Shown in pieces: positions 20,533 through 30,703 of a stretch of DNA of 64,000 nt. The position numbers and the translations under genes are program-made. How positions within the stretch are numbered: the stretch's first letter is position 1; every line of letters starts with the position of its first letter. Under the pieces are notes generated by a model. It made no database searches. It saw only the letters and a program-made list of their open reading frames with translations, and was not told where the DNA came from. The stretch comes from Vulcanimicrobiota bacterium (GTDB taxonomy: Bacteria; Vulcanimicrobiota; Vulcanimicrobiia; Vulcanimicrobiales; Vulcanimicrobiaceae): the NCBI GenBank assembly GCA_963786105.1, contig CAWAXX010000023.1, positions 96,001 through 160,000 on the forward strand, in the 5' to 3' direction.

Positions 20533-21561
20533 ATGATGGTTGTGCGGGGGTTTCTGGCGGCATCGCTCGTCGCGTCTTTTGCGGCGTGCAGCGGGAGCCC
20601 GACGCCGTCCGTGCCGGTGACGCCTTCCGGCGGCTCGAGCGCGCGTGCGCGTGCGGCGAACGCGGCATCCTCCAACCCGGAATTCGTTGGCTTTTGGGAG
20701 TCGTGGTCGGACACGAACCGCCTGGACGCCTTTTATAAGCTGGCGACGGTGCCGCCGCAGGTGACGACCGTCGACGTCGCCTTCAGTATCGCCGACGGCA
20801 ACCAAATCTCCGATCCGCAAAACACCTACCCGCTCCGTCCGGGCGCCCGTCGCATCCACGCGCGCGGTGGCAAAGTGTTGTTCTCCTTCGGCGGCGCGAC
20901 GTCGGACTTCAACATTACCGATCCGAAGGCGTTCGTCAGCAATCTGAAAGCTTACCTCAAAACCCATCCGGGCATTTACGACGGCTTCGATTTCGATGAC
21001 GAGGTGATGCAAACGCGCACGAACGGGCGCCAACAGCTTATCGACGTTCTTGAAGCGACGCGCGCGGCGTTTCCGAGCGCGATCATCAGCTTCGACGCCG
21101 ACTCCGCCGGCGCCGATCCGCAGGTCGATCTGCCGAACTATTCCGGCGAAGACCGGCTGATCCTCAAGAAAGCCGGGGGAGCGATCGACTACGTCAACGT
21201 GATGGATTACGATCAATTCGGCTGGAAGCCATCGACCAACCCAAAGTGCACGTATACCCCCGGCTCACAAGACGATTGCTATCTCGACATCATGCGAGAG
21301 TTCGCCAACGTGCCGGTAGGCGGCGGCAAGACGTTCCCCAAAGACAAAATCGTGATGGGCCTCATGATCGGTCAAGCCGACGACCGTGCGTTTCTCAAGC
21401 CGCAAGACTGCGCCGGGTACGCCACCTGGGTCGACGCGAACGCTTATCGTGGAGTCATGATCTGGGACCTCGATCTCGACAACCCGCAGGCGCCGATGAA
21501 CGGCACCGGCTACCCGAAAGGCACCTACGTCAAGGCAATTAGCGGCGCCCTCGGAACCTGA
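20533..21561 (+). CDS. GH18 family chitinase-like lipoprotein
   Basis: Lipobox FAAC; SFGGA; catalytic DGFDFDDE (DxxDxDxE); NVMDYD; GVMIW. Confidence 0.85.
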   Translation: MMVVRGFLAASLVASFAACSGSPTPSVPVTPSGGSSARARAANAASSNPEFVGFWESWSDTNRLDAFYKLATVPPQVTTVDVAFSIADGNQISDPQNTYPLRPGARRIHARGGKVLFSFGGATSDFNITDPKAFVSNLKAYLKTHPGIYDGFDFDDEVMQTRTNGRQQLIDVLEATRAAFPSAIISFDADSAGADPQVDLPNYSGEDRLILKKAGGAIDYVNVMDYDQFGWKPSTNPKCTYTPGSQDDCYLDIMREFANVPVGGGKTFPKDKIVMGLMIGQADDRAFLKPQDCAGYATWVDANAYRGVMIWDLDLDNPQAPMNGTGYPKGTYVKAISGALGT

Positions 21562-21587
21562 GCTCCTGTGAGCGGGACTAAGCTCGC

Positions 21588-24092
21588 GTGAGCGGGAGCG
21601 CCGCCAAGTATTCACCGATGCTCGAGCAGTACTTCGGGATGAAAGGTAAGCATCCCGAAGCGATTCTGCTATCGCGCGTCGGCGACTTCTACGAAGCCTA
21701 TGGCGAAGACGCGGAAACTATCGCCCGCGCGCTGCAGATCGCGTTGACCAGCAAGGAAGCCGGCAGTGGACGGCGCGTTGCCATGGCCGGGGTGCCGCAC
21801 CATGCGCTCGCGCAGTACCTCGCGCGCTTGGTCGCGCAACGCTTCATCGTCGCTTTGGCCGAGCAGCTCGAGGTCGCGCAGCCCAACAAGCTGGTGCGAC
21901 GGGAAGTCGTACGTTTGGTGACACCTGGAACGCTCATCGAAGACCATTTGCTTGACGGCAAGCAGAACAACTACTTGGCGGCGATTACGGCGATCGAAAG
22001 CACTTTGGCACTGGCATATGCCGACGTTTCGACGGGTTTCTGCGCGGCAACGGCTCTTTCGGGCGAATCCGCCTACGACGAGTTACTCGCCGAGCTGGGA
22101 CGCGTCGGTCCGGCCGAAATCGTTGCCGACGTTCCCGCCGATCTCCGCGCGATGATGTCGCCGGCGACCGAAGCGCTGGGCGCGCGCCTCGCGGCACCGG
22201 CGTTGGGTATCGTCGAGTCGCGGGCGCGCGGGACGCTCGACGGTTTTTCCCACGACGAATCGCTGGCGGTTCATCGCGCTCTGGACGCGCTTGGCGCCTT
22301 CGTCAAACGAACGGGCGTTGCAAATGCCCTGCGATCGGCCGACGCCGGTGATGGGTTGCGCCGGCCGGAGCTGTACCGGCGACAAGCGTTCCTAGCGCTC
22401 GATCCGGCGACCCGAAAACATCTCGAACTCGTTCGTCCGCAAGGGCAAAATCCGCGCGCGACGCTGCTCGCTACCCTCGATCGATGCGCGACGTCGATGG
22501 GCTCGCGAATGCTCGCGCGGTGGATCCTGGCGCCGTTGGTGGATCGCGAGAAGTTGATCGAGCGGCAAGATGCGGTCGACGTGCTGCTCGGCGAACACGC
22601 GCGCCGCGACGCCGTCCGCGAGCTGTTGAAAGGATGCTTCGATCTCGAACGCATCGCGCAGAAGGTGCGCTTTCGCCGGGCGAGCCCTCGCGATCTGGCA
22701 TCGTTGCGGCGAACGCTCGAGGGTCTGCGGCCGATTCGGCAGGTCGCTCCAGGGGCTCTCGAGCCGCTGCTGGACCGCATTGCGGATTTTTCCGGGCTGC
22801 TGGACGATTTGCGGCGGACCCTCGTCGACGATCCGCCAGCGTTGCTTGGCGATGGAGGCGCCATTCGGCCGGACGCGGATGCGGAACTCGCGGATTGCGT
22901 TACGCTGCGCACCGACGCCCGGTCGAAGCTCTCCGAACTCGAAGAGCGCGAACGGGAACGCACCGGCATCAAAACGCTTAAAGTAAAATACGCGAGCGCC
23001 TTCGGTTATGCGATCGAAGTAAGCAAGAACCATACCGGAAACGTGCCGGCCGACTACGTTCGCAAGCAGACGCTCACGACGGGCGAGCGTTACGTCACCC
23101 CGGAGCTTAAGGAACTCGAGCTGGCCATTTCGACGGCTCAAACGCGCCAAGAACGGATCGAACGGCGCCTCTTCGACGCGCTGCTCGATCGCGTTGCAGC
23201 GCGCACCGACGAGCTGCTGCTCGCCGCCGACGCCATCGCCGAGATCGACGTTTTTGCGTCGCTGGCGCAGTGCGCCGCGGAGCGCGGCTACGTTCGGCCT
23301 AGGTTCGTCGACGAAAGCATCGTCACCATCGAAGGGGGTCGTCACCCGGTCATCGACGCGATGTTACCGGCGAGCTTCGTCCCCAACGACCTCACTCTAC
23401 GCAGCGGCGATCATCGTTTCATTTTGCTCACCGGTCCCAACATGGGCGGGAAATCGACGTATCTTCGTCAAGCTGGGCTGCTGACGATCGTCGCGCAAAT
23501 CGGCTCGTTCGTGCCGGCAAAGTCGATGTCGCTGGGTATCGTAGATCGAATCTTTACGCGAATCGGCGCCGGCGACGATCTCGCTTCCGGACAGTCGACG
23601 TTTTACTTGGAGATGGCCGAAGCGGCCAATATCCTACGGCGCAGTACGCACCGTTCGCTGCTCTTGATCGACGAAGTCGGCCGCGGAACGGGGACCCTGG
23701 ACGGCCTTTCGATCGCGCAGGCGATCTGCGAGTTTCTTCTTGGTCTCGAGCGGCACGCGCCGATGGTGCTATTTGCAACGCACTTTCACGAGCTCTGCGC
23801 CCTGACCGAGCATTGGAACCTCGTCGCGAACTACCATATCACCGCGGTCGAGAATACTGCGCGCGGCGGCGCGCCGGTGTTCTCGCATCGCGTTCAGCCC
23901 GGAAGCTCGTCGCGTTCGTTTGGTATCGAAGTTGCGCGTATGGCCGGGTTGCCGCCGCTCGTCATCGAACGCGCGCAGGAGATCGCCGACGCCCTCTCCG
24001 GGCAAACCGACGTGGAAGCGCGGGTGCCGCTGCGCAAGAGCGTGTCGAACCAGCCGACGCCCGAGCGCCAACTCTCATTCCTGGGCCCGTAA
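21588..24092 (+). CDS. mutS: DNA mismatch repair protein MutS
   Basis: GDFYE, TGPNMGGKST, STF..EM, DEVGRGT and ATHFHEL motifs; C-terminal QLSF clamp-binding motif. Confidence 0.97.
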   Translation: MSGSAAKYSPMLEQYFGMKGKHPEAILLSRVGDFYEAYGEDAETIARALQIALTSKEAGSGRRVAMAGVPHHALAQYLARLVAQRFIVALAEQLEVAQPNKLVRREVVRLVTPGTLIEDHLLDGKQNNYLAAITAIESTLALAYADVSTGFCAATALSGESAYDELLAELGRVGPAEIVADVPADLRAMMSPATEALGARLAAPALGIVESRARGTLDGFSHDESLAVHRALDALGAFVKRTGVANALRSADAGDGLRRPELYRRQAFLALDPATRKHLELVRPQGQNPRATLLATLDRCATSMGSRMLARWILAPLVDREKLIERQDAVDVLLGEHARRDAVRELLKGCFDLERIAQKVRFRRASPRDLASLRRTLEGLRPIRQVAPGALEPLLDRIADFSGLLDDLRRTLVDDPPALLGDGGAIRPDADAELADCVTLRTDARSKLSELEERERERTGIKTLKVKYASAFGYAIEVSKNHTGNVPADYVRKQTLTTGERYVTPELKELELAISTAQTRQERIERRLFDALLDRVAARTDELLLAADAIAEIDVFASLAQCAAERGYVRPRFVDESIVTIEGGRHPVIDAMLPASFVPNDLTLRSGDHRFILLTGPNMGGKSTYLRQAGLLTIVAQIGSFVPAKSMSLGIVDRIFTRIGAGDDLASGQSTFYLEMAEAANILRRSTHRSLLLIDEVGRGTGTLDGLSIAQAICEFLLGLERHAPMVLFATHFHELCALTEHWNLVANYHITAVENTARGGAPVFSHRVQPGSSSRSFGIEVARMAGLPPLVIERAQEIADALSGQTDVEARVPLRKSVSNQPTPERQLSFLGP

Positions 24093-24108
24093 GGAAGAGG
24101 ATCCAAAG

Positions 24109-25800
24109 GTGGCCGTGCGCGTCCTCGACGCCGTAACGATCGGGCAGATTGCTGCCGGCGAGACGATCGAGCGTCCGGCTTCGGTCGTCAAGGAACTCGT
24201 TGAAAATGCCGTAGATGCCGGCGCGCGGCGCATCACGGTGTCCGTTGAGTCCGGCGGGAGCGCTCTCATCGAAGTCGTCGACGACGGAGCCGGCATCGCG
24301 CCCGAAGACCTTGCGTTGGCGGTGCGGCGTCATGCGACCAGCAAACTCTCGAACGCCGCCGACCTCGATTCGATCGCGACGCTGGGTTTTCGCGGTGAAG
24401 GCTTGGCATCGATCGCCGCAGTTGCCTATCTCGACCTCGTATCGCGCCGTCCTGAAGCTGGGATCGGGTCGCGCGTGAGTGCGCACGGCGATGCAATCGG
24501 CACGATCGAGCCGGCGGCTGCACCACTCGGGACACGCGTACGCGTGGAACGCCTTTTCGAAAACGTTCCAGTGCGGCGCGAGTATCTGCGTTCGATCAAC
24601 GCGGAGTTCAACCGGATCTCCTCGTGGCTTTCGAGTTTCGCGCTTGCGTATCCGCAGATCACCTTCACGCTCCGGCACGACGGTAAAGACGTTTGGGTAA
24701 TGCCGGACAGCGACGATCCGCGCGAACGCTTGGCGATGGTTTTTGGGCGCGAAGCCGCGCGCTCGTTGCTTTGCCTCGACGGCGCGGCTGCCAGTACGAT
24801 CGACGGGAGCGTGCGCGGTTTCATCAGCGAGCCCGGCACGGATCGTCCCGATCGCCGGATGCAGCTTTTGTTCGTCAATGGCCGGCTGCTACGGAGCGCC
24901 CTCCTGACCGGAGCGTGGACCGCGGGCTACGCTACCTTCACCATGATGGGGCGCCACCCGTACGGCGCGATATTCTTGGAGTTGCCGCCAGAGCACGTCG
25001 ATCCGAACGTCCATCCAACCAAGAGCGACGTGCGGTTGCGCTTCGGCAGCCAAGTCTTCGATGCCGTGCGCCGTTCGATGAGCGCGACGCTGCACGCGCA
25101 TGCAACGGCGCGGTTTCGCGAGAGCACCGGCGGTTTTCAGATTGCGGGCATCTCGCCGGCTCCGCGTGCGATCGACGCGAGCCTCACGCACGTGCAGTCG
25201 CTCTTCGAAAACGGGGCCGCCGATGCGGATGCCGTGCCGGGCCGGCGGTTGCGAGTGCTCGGGCAGCTTCACCGCACCTTCATCCTCGCAAGCGACGGTG
25301 AGGCGTTGCTGCTCGTGGACCAGCACGCCGCCCACGAACGGATCGCGTTTGAAAACATCGTTGACGCCGCCCGCAGGGGTGCGACGAGCCAGCCGTTGCT
25401 CGTGCCGCATATCGTCGAACTCGACGGCGAGCAGAGCGCCGCGCTGGAGCGCAGTCTCGAGGCATTGCGCGAAGGCGGCCTGGAGATCGAACCTTTCGGT
25501 GAGGGGACGTATCGCATTACCAACGCGCCGGCGGGATACCGCGCCCGACCCTTCGACGTGGTCGGGTTCGTCGAGGATTTGACGGCCGATCCGAGACGGC
25601 GAGGCGTTCGCGAGCGGATTTGGGCGTCGCTGGCTTGTCACTCGGTTACCGTGGCCGGCGAACGCCTCGAGCCCGACGAAATGACGACGCTGGTCGACCG
25701 GCTCCAGCAATGCCTCAATCCAATGCACTGCCCGCACGGCCGTCCTACGATGGTGCGGCTCGGCCCCGACGACATCGCGCGCATGTTCAAGCGTGTCTGA
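24109..25800 (+). CDS. mutL: DNA mismatch repair endonuclease MutL
   Basis: IAAGE.IERP, GFRGEGLASI, DQHAAHER, ACH and CPHGRP motifs. Confidence 0.97.
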   Translation: MAVRVLDAVTIGQIAAGETIERPASVVKELVENAVDAGARRITVSVESGGSALIEVVDDGAGIAPEDLALAVRRHATSKLSNAADLDSIATLGFRGEGLASIAAVAYLDLVSRRPEAGIGSRVSAHGDAIGTIEPAAAPLGTRVRVERLFENVPVRREYLRSINAEFNRISSWLSSFALAYPQITFTLRHDGKDVWVMPDSDDPRERLAMVFGREAARSLLCLDGAAASTIDGSVRGFISEPGTDRPDRRMQLLFVNGRLLRSALLTGAWTAGYATFTMMGRHPYGAIFLELPPEHVDPNVHPTKSDVRLRFGSQVFDAVRRSMSATLHAHATARFRESTGGFQIAGISPAPRAIDASLTHVQSLFENGAADADAVPGRRLRVLGQLHRTFILASDGEALLLVDQHAAHERIAFENIVDAARRGATSQPLLVPHIVELDGEQSAALERSLEALREGGLEIEPFGEGTYRITNAPAGYRARPFDVVGFVEDLTADPRRRGVRERIWASLACHSVTVAGERLEPDEMTTLVDRLQQCLNPMHCPHGRPTMVRLGPDDIARMFKRV

Positions 25801-26689
25801 CGTCTCCATTCTTATTTTGGCCGGGCCGACGGCGAGCGGAAAGACGGAACTCGCGATCGAGCTCGCGCGGAGATTCGACGCGGAAATCGTCGGCGCGGAT
25901 TCACGCCAGATCTATCGCGGGATGCCGGTCGGCACGGCAATGCCGTCGCCCGAACAACTCGTGGCAATCCCGCACCACTGCGTGGCGTTCGTGGATCCGC
26001 ACGAGCGCTACTCGGCCGCCCGCTACGTCGCCGCTGCCCTTTCCGCGATCGAAGCGATTCATCGCCGAGGGAAGCGCGCGATCGTCGCCGGCGGGACCGG
26101 ATTTTACATTCGGGCACTCACCGGCGGAATTGCGCTGGCCTCGCAGTACGATGAGGCAACGCGCAAGCGTCTCGCCGAAGAAGTGCGATTACATCCGCCC
26201 GAGTTTCTGCACGAATGGCTTTCGCTTCGCAGTCCGCAGCGCGCGGCCGAATTGCACGGGCTCGACACCTACCGGGTCGTCCGCGCGCTCGAGATTGCCC
26301 TTGCCCCGGACGCGCACGCTCGCACGGGTGAGCTACGCACGCTAGCGACCGAACGTTTCAACTGGTTGTTGGCCGTTCTCGACGTTTCGCTCGCCGAACT
26401 CGACGCGCGCATCGTGCGTCGCTGCGCCCGGATGCTGACTACCGGTCTGGTGGAAGAAGCCGAACGGATCGGCAACGACGCGGCGGCTGCGAGTGCGGTC
26501 GGTTATCCGCAAGCCCACGCGTATCTGCGCGGCTGGAGCACGCTTTCCGAACTGCGCGCGTCGTTGGAGCGCGCGACCAAGCGCTATGCCCGCAGGCAGC
26601 GTGCGTGGTTTCGCGGCGAACGCGGCGCGCTGTGGCTTGCGCCAGACGCCGTAGCGAGCGCGGCACGGGAAAAGCTCGACTGGTCTTAG
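25793..26689 (+). CDS. miaA: tRNA dimethylallyltransferase
   Basis: GPTASGKT, DSRQIY, GGTGFY and YARRQ..W motifs. Confidence 0.95.
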   Translation: MSDVSILILAGPTASGKTELAIELARRFDAEIVGADSRQIYRGMPVGTAMPSPEQLVAIPHHCVAFVDPHERYSAARYVAAALSAIEAIHRRGKRAIVAGGTGFYIRALTGGIALASQYDEATRKRLAEEVRLHPPEFLHEWLSLRSPQRAAELHGLDTYRVVRALEIALAPDAHARTGELRTLATERFNWLLAVLDVSLAELDARIVRRCARMLTTGLVEEAERIGNDAAAASAVGYPQAHAYLRGWSTLSELRASLERATKRYARRQRAWFRGERGALWLAPDAVASAAREKLDWS

Positions 26690-26707
26690 AAGCCCACATC
26701 ATTCATC

Positions 26708-26947
26708 ATGCCGGGAAGCCTTCAAGACTCGTTCCTCGCAGAATGTAAGCGACTGGGCACCACGGTCACCGTCTATTTGGTGAACGGTTTTCAAAAGCGC
26801 GGCGTCGTGAAAGGCTTCGATCCTTTCACCGTTCTGCTAGAGTTCGAAGGTAAGGCCGACCTGGTATACAAGCACGCGATTTCGACGATTTCGCCCGGTT
26901 CGCCGGTGGGATTGGAGCCGCAAGAGGGAACGACCGAGGGCGCATGA
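26708..26947 (+). CDS. hfq: RNA chaperone Hfq
   Basis: LQDSFL, YLVNG, FD and YKHAIST motifs; follows miaA. Confidence 0.95.
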   Translation: MPGSLQDSFLAECKRLGTTVTVYLVNGFQKRGVVKGFDPFTVLLEFEGKADLVYKHAISTISPGSPVGLEPQEGTTEGA

Positions 26948-27717
26948 GGGTCGCCCTAACGAAGATGCACGGGGCGCGCAACGATTTCGTGATCTTGGAT
27001 CGCCGCGCGTCGCCCGTTGCCCCTCTGGACTCGTTTGCGCGTTGGGTCTGCGACCGCCGGACCGGAATTGGAGCCGATGGTCTTATCGCGATCGAGACGT
27101 CGAGCCGCCAGGGCTTCGCCATGCGCACGATCAACGCCGACGGCACCGAAGCCGAGATGTGCGGAAACGGGATTCGTTGTGCGGCGCGCTGGCTCGACGA
27201 ATCGGGCGAGGGAGATCGGATCGATTTCGAGACTGCCGCCGGTGAGGTTCGCACGCACGTCGTATCTCGCAGCCCGGAATATCTGGTCCGGGTGACCGTT
27301 CCGATGGGGGGTGTTCGCGCACACGCGATCGAGTTTCTCGACGATGCGTTCTTCGTCGACTTGGGAAACCCGCACGTCGTCCTCTTTCGCGACGACGTTG
27401 AAGACGTCGATCTGGAAGTGCTGGCTCCGAGCCTGCAAACGCACTCGTCGTTTACAGAGGGAACGAACGTTCACGTAGCGGCGATTGAGGGCGACGACCT
27501 GCGCATGCGGCACTGGGAACGCGGAGTCGGTCTAACCCTTGCGTGCGGTACGGGCGCCGTGGCGGCGGCTACCGCCGCGATCGCGAGCGGGCGCGTTTCG
27601 TCACCGGTGATAACGTTCGTACCCGGCGGACGGCTCGTGGTCGAGTGGGACGGCGAGAGCGTCGCCACCCTCACCGGCCCGGCCGTGCGCGTTTTCGATA
27701 CGGAAGTGCAAGTTTGA
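26944..27717 (+). CDS. dapF: Diaminopimelate epimerase
   Basis: KMHG..NDF, GIGADG, EMCGNG, GNPH and ERGVG.TLACGTG motifs. Confidence 0.96.
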   Translation: MRVALTKMHGARNDFVILDRRASPVAPLDSFARWVCDRRTGIGADGLIAIETSSRQGFAMRTINADGTEAEMCGNGIRCAARWLDESGEGDRIDFETAAGEVRTHVVSRSPEYLVRVTVPMGGVRAHAIEFLDDAFFVDLGNPHVVLFRDDVEDVDLEVLAPSLQTHSSFTEGTNVHVAAIEGDDLRMRHWERGVGLTLACGTGAVAAATAAIASGRVSSPVITFVPGGRLVVEWDGESVATLTGPAVRVFDTEVQV

Positions 27718-28133
27718 CGCTACGGCCCGCAGAGCCGGGTGATTCCGATCGCGTGTGCGTGCTCATGGAACAACTCGGGTACGACGTTCCGGCAGAGCAG
27801 ATCGCGCAGCGTCTCGCTCGCCGCGGTCGAAACCGAGAAGTGTTCGTTGTCGAAGACGACTCGGGCGTGGTCGGCTGGGCCGGCGTCTGCATTCGCGACG
27901 ACTTCGTCGGCGGACGCTATGCCGAGATCGAGGGGTTCGTCGTCGACGCCCAAGCGCGCAGTGCCGGCATCGGCGCTCGATTGCTCGACGCGGTGGAGGC
28001 TTGGGCGCGAGCCCAGGAGTGCGTTACCATGCGCGTGCGATCGAACGTCATCCGCGAGCGCGCCCACGCATTTTACCAACGGCATGGGTATGGGAAGGTC
28101 AAAGCCCAGTTCGCCTTCCAAAAAGCCTTATGA
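27714..28133 (+). CDS. GNAT N-acetyltransferase
   Basis: TTG start overlapping dapF stop; RSAGIGARL and AHAFYQRHGY. Confidence 0.85.
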   Translation: MTLRPAEPGDSDRVCVLMEQLGYDVPAEQIAQRLARRGRNREVFVVEDDSGVVGWAGVCIRDDFVGGRYAEIEGFVVDAQARSAGIGARLLDAVEAWARAQECVTMRVRSNVIRERAHAFYQRHGYGKVKAQFAFQKAL

Positions 28134-29335
28134 TCGGGCTCGCGTATTGCGATGCGGAAGCGCGCATCTACTACGACGATGCGACAACTCCGCTTGCCGA
28201 CGGAGGCGTCGTTCGAGAATGTGAAGTCGACGAACTGATTCCGGCGCCCGAGGGAACCGTTGCCATGATTCTCCCCGGCAGGCGTCCGTTGTCGACCATC
28301 GGGCCGGCCGGCGATCGCTATGCGCTGGCGGCGATTCTGCCGGCCGGCTACACGCGTTTGCTCGTACCCGCGTATGTAAAGGATAGGAGCGCGCCGGATC
28401 TGCCGCTATTCGGGTATACTTTCGCGTGCGCCGTCGGCGACCGGCTTCATATCGCGGCTGCAAAAACCGACGAGAGCGAAGATTGGCAGCCGCGTTCGTT
28501 TCGGGAAGGGGAACTCGAGGGCATGCTCGCGGCGCGGATCGCCGGCGATCCCGCCAACCGCGTCTTGCGCCAAGTCGCCCTCTGCTCGACGGAATACGGA
28601 TGCTTCACCGCGCAGAACGTGTTTCTCGAGCGGGGCGAGGCCGCGTTGCCGGTCTCGCCTAAATGCAATGCTAGGTGTATCGGCTGCATCTCCGAGCTGG
28701 AACCACCGGCTACCCTTCCGTCACCGCAAACGCGCATCGCCTACGAGTCGACCGCCGAGGAGCTCGCGCGCGTCGGAATTCATCACCTCGAGCGCGTTGA
28801 AGACGGCATCGTCTCGTTCGGCCAGGGGTGCGAAGGCGAGCCGCTGCTGCGTTCGTCGACGATCGCGTCGGCCATCGAGCGTATTCGTGCGGTTCGCCTC
28901 AACGGCACGATCAATCTCAATACGAACGGCAGCGTCACGCGTGCGTTGGACCGCTGCATCGACGCCGGGCTTGCGGCGGTGCGGATCAGCTTGAATTCGT
29001 TTCGGCCGAGCGTGTATGCCGCCTACTATCGTCCGATGGGATACGCGCTCGACGACGTACTCGAATCGATCCGGCTGGCGGTACGACGTGGGGTACGAAC
29101 GAGCCTCAATCTCCTCACCCACCCGGGCGTCACCGATGACGAAGAAGAAGTCACCGCCGCCCAGGCATTTTTGCACGACGTGCCGGTTGCGATGGTGCAG
29201 ACGCGCACGCTCAATATCGATCCGGGTTGGTATTTCGACGCCGTCGGCCGCCCGCGCAGACCGCTCGGGATGCGTTACGCCATCGACGCGATTAAGCGTC
29301 TGACCGCGGTCGGAAACTTCACTCACACTCACTAG
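28130..29335 (+). CDS. Radical SAM protein of unknown function
   Basis: CNARCIGC (CxxxCxxC), FGQGCEGEP and NTNG motifs. Confidence 0.88.
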   Translation: MIGLAYCDAEARIYYDDATTPLADGGVVRECEVDELIPAPEGTVAMILPGRRPLSTIGPAGDRYALAAILPAGYTRLLVPAYVKDRSAPDLPLFGYTFACAVGDRLHIAAAKTDESEDWQPRSFREGELEGMLAARIAGDPANRVLRQVALCSTEYGCFTAQNVFLERGEAALPVSPKCNARCIGCISELEPPATLPSPQTRIAYESTAEELARVGIHHLERVEDGIVSFGQGCEGEPLLRSSTIASAIERIRAVRLNGTINLNTNGSVTRALDRCIDAGLAAVRISLNSFRPSVYAAYYRPMGYALDDVLESIRLAVRRGVRTSLNLLTHPGVTDDEEEVTAAQAFLHDVPVAMVQTRTLNIDPGWYFDAVGRPRRPLGMRYAIDAIKRLTAVGNFTHTH

Positions 29336-29346
29336 AATTCTCTGTA

Positions 29347-29620
29347 TCATCCTAAGCGGTGGCAGCGTCGCGGTGTCATCCTGAGCGGAGCGCCGAAGGC
29401 GCGCAGTCGAAGGACGAGTTTGCGCGCGCCGCTGCGCTTTGCCGCCTTCGGGACGTTCGCGTTTTCGCGTCCGTGCGAAAACGCTACTCGGCTGGCTCGT
29501 CGCTCTCGGCATCCGTGCCTTTGCTCCTCGTCCAGACGCCCTCAGACCGGCACGCCGCATCGGCGGCGCGACGGCCGTACTTCGACTGCGGCGCTTCGCG
29601 CCTCCGCTCAGGATGACACC
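29347..29620. repeat. Intergenic palindromic element, family A, copy 3
   Basis: Perfect 19-bp IR GGTGTCATCCTGAGCGGAG (29372-29390) / CTCCGCTCAGGATGACACC (29602-29620); shared core; degenerate extra left end at 29347. Confidence 0.9.
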
Positions 29621-29629
29621 TCGTGGCGG

Positions 29630-30703
29630 CTATGGATCGATTGACGCGGGGACGGTGGAAACTTCGAGGTCGTCGTAGCGCTTGAGGCGGTAAATCGCGA
29701 CCGATATTCCCCAGCCGGCGATGAAAACGCCCACGATTGCGAACCCGAGCGTCCCCAACTGCCGCGCGAGCGAGTCGACGACGCTCCATAGTCCGCCGTA
29801 CAGGCGCAACTGCGAAGCGAGGACGCTCGCTGCCTCGACGGCGCCAACGATCAGTGCGACGAGCACCGACACCAGCGTCACCGTGAGGTTGTAGTAGATC
29901 TTTCGGAGCGGCTTGACTACCGCCCAACCGTATGCGGCCAGCATGAGCACGCCGTCGGTGGTATCGAGGAGCGACATTCCGGCGGTAAACAGCAGCGGGA
30001 AGATCAAAATGTCGTAGACCGGCAGACCTTTGCTTGCCTCGATGGCGGCGATGCCGAGCAATCCCACTTCGGTTGCCGTGTCGAACCCGAGTCCGAAGAG
30101 TAGGCCGATCGGATACATCTTCCAACTGCGATCGACGAGCCCGAGCAACGGGCGAAAGAATCGGCCGACGAGCCCGCGCCGGTCGAGCATCTGGTCGACG
30201 GTGCGTTCGCAATAGGGCTCGCCGCGGCGCACCGCGCGGAACGTGCGAACGATGTCGGATAAAACGACGACGTTGATGGCGGCGATCAGCAGCAGGAAGG
30301 CGGCGGAGATCGACGTCCCGATCAGGCCTCCGACGCTTTGCATCGTGGGCAGCGCGTCCTTGACCACCACCGAGGCGATGGCGATGGCTATCGAGAGGGC
30401 CACCACCACGGTGGAGTGTCCTAAGGAAAAAAAGAAGCCGACGGTCACCGGCTGCTGCCGGTCCTGCATCAACTTGCGGGTGACGTTATCGATCGCCGAG
30501 ATATGGTCTGCGTCGACGGCGTGCCGCAAGCCGAACGTATACGCCAGCAGCGCCGTACCCAAGAGGAGCGGGCGTTGCGCGAATGCGACGAACGCGAGCG
30601 CCCAGGCGCCGACGTTCAACGCAATCAAGAAAGCGTAGATCGTCGATACCTTTCCCCTGAGGCCGCGCGCGTGCAGCAAGTGGGCAATGGCGTCGCGGCT
30701 CAT
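29630..30703 (-). CDS. HoxN/HupN/NixA (NiCoT) nickel/cobalt uptake permease
   Basis: Signature GLRHAVDADH; FFSLGHS; LGFDTATE. Confidence 0.93.
   Translation of the reverse strand: MSRDAIAHLLHARGLRGKVSTIYAFLIALNVGAWALAFVAFAQRPLLLGTALLAYTFGLRHAVDADHISAIDNVTRKLMQDRQQPVTVGFFFSLGHSTVVVALSIAIAIASVVVKDALPTMQSVGGLIGTSISAAFLLLIAAINVVVLSDIVRTFRAVRRGEPYCERTVDQMLDRRGLVGRFFRPLLGLVDRSWKMYPIGLLFGLGFDTATEVGLLGIAAIEASKGLPVYDILIFPLLFTAGMSLLDTTDGVLMLAAYGWAVVKPLRKIYYNLTVTLVSVLVALIVGAVEAASVLASQLRLYGGLWSVVDSLARQLGTLGFAIVGVFIAGWGISVAIYRLKRYDDLEVSTVPASIDP

Noticed and set aside
583..29620. Family A repeats as a CRISPR array or IS ends
   Set aside because: Dispersed and palindromic, with no repeat-spacer periodicity and no cas or transposase genes
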